In this document: positions 26,373 to 29,649 of the stretch, piece after piece | Position numbering within the stretch: position 1 is the stretch's first letter | Layout: every line of letters begins with the position of its first letter | Assembly (NCBI GenBank): GCA_963662665.2 | Contig: CAXXJS010000041.1 | Span: forward strand, 1 to 29,649 | Direction of reading: 5' to 3' | From: Candidatus Latescibacterota bacterium | GTDB taxonomy: Bacteria; Latescibacterota; UBA2968; GCA-2709665 | Length of the DNA stretch: 29,649 nucleotides | Notes under the pieces: generated by a model | Told to the model about the DNA's origin: nothing | Seen by the model: the letters and a program-made list of their open reading frames with translations, nothing else | Database searches by the model: none | Position numbers and translations under genes: made by a program

Positions 26373-26783
26373 TCACTTCGGCTTGAATTTTCGCAATTGG
26401 GGCCGGATTGACTCGACGATGATTGGGACGGACGGCGTTCCGAGTATACGCAGCTTGTAGTCGATGTTGGGGTTTGGTCTCACAAGGGGCATGTTGTACG
26501 CCAAACCGAAACCGGAGTTGGCAATCGGCATGTAATCCAGCGGGGACCTCGGTACCAACAGCCTCTCAATGGCAATTGTCAATTGATGCTTCTCAAGATC
26601 CCGTTTTCGATTAAACCTCTGTCGTAACCCCTTCAACCTTCCAGGGGTGGAAGGACCATCCGCTCCTCGTGGTGGCCGGGTTTTCAGCGAATCGGCCGGC
26701 GCCGGCGGCGCTCCAACCGCCGGTTCCGCGAAAAAAAGCACAGAGACAACAACCGAAAGTGTGCGGAAGAAGATGCCGGGCAT
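26373..26783 (-). CDS. Hypothetical secreted protein (136 aa)
   Basis: GGAGG RBS before ATG 26783; signal peptide MPGIFFRTLSVVVSVLFFAEPAVG; ends just before the terminator. Confidence 0.6.
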   Translation of the reverse strand: MPGIFFRTLSVVVSVLFFAEPAVGAPPAPADSLKTRPPRGADGPSTPGRLKGLRQRFNRKRDLEKHQLTIAIERLLVPRSPLDYMPIANSGFGLAYNMPLVRPNPNIDYKLRILGTPSVPIIVESIRPQLRKFKPK

Positions 26784-26896
26784 CACCCAGGCCTCCTGCG
26801 CAATTATGGAGAGATGATAACAATAGACAACCTTGAAACGCTCCCGCCGGTTCAATGTTCCCTGAATCGGCTCGGCGTGCGGCCCGACAATTCCCG

Positions 26897-29638
26897 TCAG
26901 GTTGCCTCGAGGGCCTGTGCCGGCGGTAAGGAGGTCTCGGACCACGCCATCCACGCCTCTCCGGCGCGGATATTGTTGCCTCTATCGCCGCTTCGAGTGA
27001 CAAGTACGGGCCTGCCTTCGGATTCCGCCAATGCGAGGACCGGGTAAGCACGGGTCATCTGCCGGCTGTCGGTGACGAAGATGCGCCCGCCTTCCAATTC
27101 ACGCAACCCGGTCGCTTCGCCGGTGGTCACCAGGCCGGATTCGCGGTCGGTCACGAAAGTTTCCAGGACGGGACCGGACAGCGCCGCGAAGTCGTACACG
27201 AGGGAGATTTCACCATGTCTTAGTCCTGTGCCTCCCACCAGCCAGGCGTCATCACCGGAAACGAAGCCGAATCGCCCATGGAAACTCAGTTGGAGATCGC
27301 CGTGCCGGATAACTTCGGGTGCCAGTCCGCATCCAGCGCTGATCAATGTGTCTTTCCCGGCGTTCGTGGTAACCTCAACGACCGCACCGAGGGTAGTCCG
27401 GTTCAGGTAGGAGACGCGGACTGACCTGACGGCGTCGCCAACGGAATATACGGTCACGAAGGTACTGGCGCCGTTGTTTCTTCGGCGCACAATGTAAGGT
27501 ATGGTGGCGCCCCTGTCGCGGGCTTTGCGCTGTCCGAATCCGTCGCCGATAAACACCTGTTCGGCTTCGCACGCCGGGACGTGTATACGGAAAGGCGTCC
27601 CCTTGCCGGGCGTCCACGCGGCGGACCAGGGGGATTCCGACCGGCCGTTTCGGATCTGCGTGAGATCGAAGATAATATCGTCTGACGGGATGGTCTGCAT
27701 GCCGGAAAGCGCGAGGGAGCGGTCAGGTCCGTGCATGACCCAGTCATGTCGGCCGCCGCCCCTGACGCGAAATATGTCCACGATGTATTCGTCCCGTCCG
27801 CTGCCGACGGTGGCGATTGTCCTGCGGTAGTCCGACGTGCCCGGATAGACGTTGGAAGAGGCCTCCATCACCTTCGCGCGCGGAAATGCTGAAAAAAGGT
27901 GAAAGGTTGCCCGGCGGCCGCGCGTTGCCTGTTCCTCACCGTCAACCACCACCAGATTGTGCGCGAGGGTACGGTTGACTCCGTAACGGAGGTCTTCCAT
28001 ATCCCACAGATAGCCGAGATCGGTGAGCAGTTCGCGACCTTCCTTCCAGTAGTAAAGATTGAGATGGTCGTGGTGGTGGTGCCCCTTCCAGTCTGCGCCG
28101 CAGAGAATGACGGCAGAACCGTTCCCCTTTTGTCCCGTACGCTGGGTTCCGATGTTCAGGTAGGGCCCGAGATCGTCTGTGAACCGGGGCGGCTCATCCG
28201 GCAGTGCGGTGGACTGCCGGTAGAAGGCGGCCGCCGTGTCCAGGTTGCCGCCGTACCAGAACTGTGCAATGCGGCCGGCATAGCAGCGTTTTTTTCTCGC
28301 GACGTCGCGTTGCAGCACGCGATGGTTTTCCGATGGATAATTGCGCGCGAGGATGTCTGCGAACATGGCGGAAAGGTGGCAGGGAAGCCGGTTGTCGGCC
28401 AGCAGCGGATAATTCAGGTCCGGCAGAAGCGGACGGGCCATGTTCTGCCAGACCGCACGGTAGCGCGGCCACCTGTAGAGGTCCACGTGGTCCAGCTGCG
28501 CCGGGGCAAGATCCACGCCGTCCGGGTCCGAATAGCGCTTGAGGGCTTCGGCGATGCGCCAGATACCGGACAACATCATGCCTGCGTATCCGATGGACTC
28601 CGGTGTTCCGCCGTCGGGCAGCCACCAGTCCCGCACGGCCCTCACAAAGCCGTCGAGGCCGAAACGGATCAGCAGCGGGTCGCCGCAGACGATTCCGATG
28701 AGGCCGACGGCGCAACGGTTCATCCCCGTCTTGTTGTTGATGACGTCGTCCGAGTAGAGCATTACGGCCGCGTCCAGGAGCAGGTCGTGCTCGATATGCC
28801 GTTTTTTCGCGTCTGAAAGGGTTTCAGCAACCAGATCGTAGGCGAGGATGAGTTTCTGCAGTGAGGTGCCTTCCATCCCGCCGGAGGAGCCCCAGCGCAG
28901 CACGGCCCAGTATCCGGGATGGAGCTTCCGGTTCGGCTTGTTGCCCGGCGGACACCACTCGTCTTCGGGCAGATTGTCGACCCGCGTCGATGCGACTTTC
29001 GGATCGAAATCCGCAATGTCGCCATACGAGGAATGTACAAGATATGCGGGATGTACGTCGGCGAAACGCGTAAGAATGGTCGCGGCGCCGGACGCGTAAT
29101 CCCGTATTCCCGTCAACGCGTAGGCCAGCGCCAGGTCTTCGGCCGTGTTCGCCGCGTGCCGGCACTGGTGGATGCGGGCATGACCCGAGAAGCTGGAGTG
29201 TATGGCGGCATATCCGTATGCCTGCCAAGATTTTCCACCATACAGTGTGATTTGCTGTTTGGGGTCGAAACGACTTTCGAAAACCACGTCTTCCGGAAAG
29301 TCGTCGTTGGGATACACGGTGTTACAGCCCTTGCATCGGATGTGCGTCGGATCAGCGGGGAACCAGTCGTAAGCCCCGTGCATTGGCGCGAACTCGCATT
29401 TCGGACACATGGTGAAATGCGGTGAATAAGGGGTGGTAGAAGGTATAAAGGTCCGGGCCCACTCCTCGGAAACCGTGCCGGCTGCTTCAACGCGCGTCAG
29501 AAGCGTTTCGAGTGCCTCTTGGGCCCATGGGTGTCGGGAGGCGTTTTCCCTGGCGCGGCCGATATCGCTTTGTGAGAAGATGGTCGCGGGATGCCGTACG
29601 TGAGACCGGAATTGTTGCCATCGGCCGGGCTTCAGCAT
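26897..29638 (-). CDS. Heparinase II/III-family (polysaccharide lyase-like) protein
   Basis: Helical N-terminal part (LALAYALTG, PDGGTPESIGY) and C-terminal GHHHHDHLNL..LLTDLGY..TLAHNLVVVDG, YIVDIFRV. The frame stays open to the window edge, so the true start may lie outside. Confidence 0.8.
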   Translation of the reverse strand: MLKPGRWQQFRSHVRHPATIFSQSDIGRARENASRHPWAQEALETLLTRVEAAGTVSEEWARTFIPSTTPYSPHFTMCPKCEFAPMHGAYDWFPADPTHIRCKGCNTVYPNDDFPEDVVFESRFDPKQQITLYGGKSWQAYGYAAIHSSFSGHARIHQCRHAANTAEDLALAYALTGIRDYASGAATILTRFADVHPAYLVHSSYGDIADFDPKVASTRVDNLPEDEWCPPGNKPNRKLHPGYWAVLRWGSSGGMEGTSLQKLILAYDLVAETLSDAKKRHIEHDLLLDAAVMLYSDDVINNKTGMNRCAVGLIGIVCGDPLLIRFGLDGFVRAVRDWWLPDGGTPESIGYAGMMLSGIWRIAEALKRYSDPDGVDLAPAQLDHVDLYRWPRYRAVWQNMARPLLPDLNYPLLADNRLPCHLSAMFADILARNYPSENHRVLQRDVARKKRCYAGRIAQFWYGGNLDTAAAFYRQSTALPDEPPRFTDDLGPYLNIGTQRTGQKGNGSAVILCGADWKGHHHHDHLNLYYWKEGRELLTDLGYLWDMEDLRYGVNRTLAHNLVVVDGEEQATRGRRATFHLFSAFPRAKVMEASSNVYPGTSDYRRTIATVGSGRDEYIVDIFRVRGGGRHDWVMHGPDRSLALSGMQTIPSDDIIFDLTQIRNGRSESPWSAAWTPGKGTPFRIHVPACEAEQVFIGDGFGQRKARDRGATIPYIVRRRNNGASTFVTVYSVGDAVRSVRVSYLNRTTLGAVVEVTTNAGKDTLISAGCGLAPEVIRHGDLQLSFHGRFGFVSGDDAWLVGGTGLRHGEISLVYDFAALSGPVLETFVTDRESGLVTTGEATGLRELEGGRIFVTDSRQMTRAYPVLALAESEGRPVLVTRSGDRGNNIRAGEAWMAWSETSLPPAQALEAT

Positions 29639-29649
29639 CTCCGTGGTAT

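Overview
Gene-dense bacterial chromosomal window. A TPR-GWxTD protein, a ceramidase-like protein and a heparinase II/III-like protein suggest an FCB-superphylum diderm such as a Latescibacterota/Gemmatimonadota-like organism (inference only). Left part: a partial Ig-like/LivJ-type lipoprotein gene, an orphan ORF, a short archaeal-type PurA homologue with altered motifs divergent from a LysR regulator, a TPR-GWxTD protein, glycerate 2-kinase, an EamA transporter, a DUF1648/SdpI-like protein and a 161-bp MITE with a TTAG target duplication. Middle part: TPR-parvulin and a GT4 glycosyltransferase, then a co-oriented cluster of TolC, NTP-transferase/CDP-alcohol phosphotransferase fusion, MlaC/HpnM-like protein, MMPL/HpnN-like RND, an internally duplicated unknown membrane protein, GMC oxidoreductase and Gfo/Idh/MocA. 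Right part: a type I-like polyprenyl synthase, transaldolase, tRNA-Thr(CGT), a ceramidase-like protein, a small secreted protein and a heparinase II/III-like protein. The best candidate for an undescribed system is the 13.2-22.6 kb cluster, which looks like a polar-headgroup lipid synthesis, modification and trans-envelope export module. All family calls come from motif recognition by eye; no searches were run.
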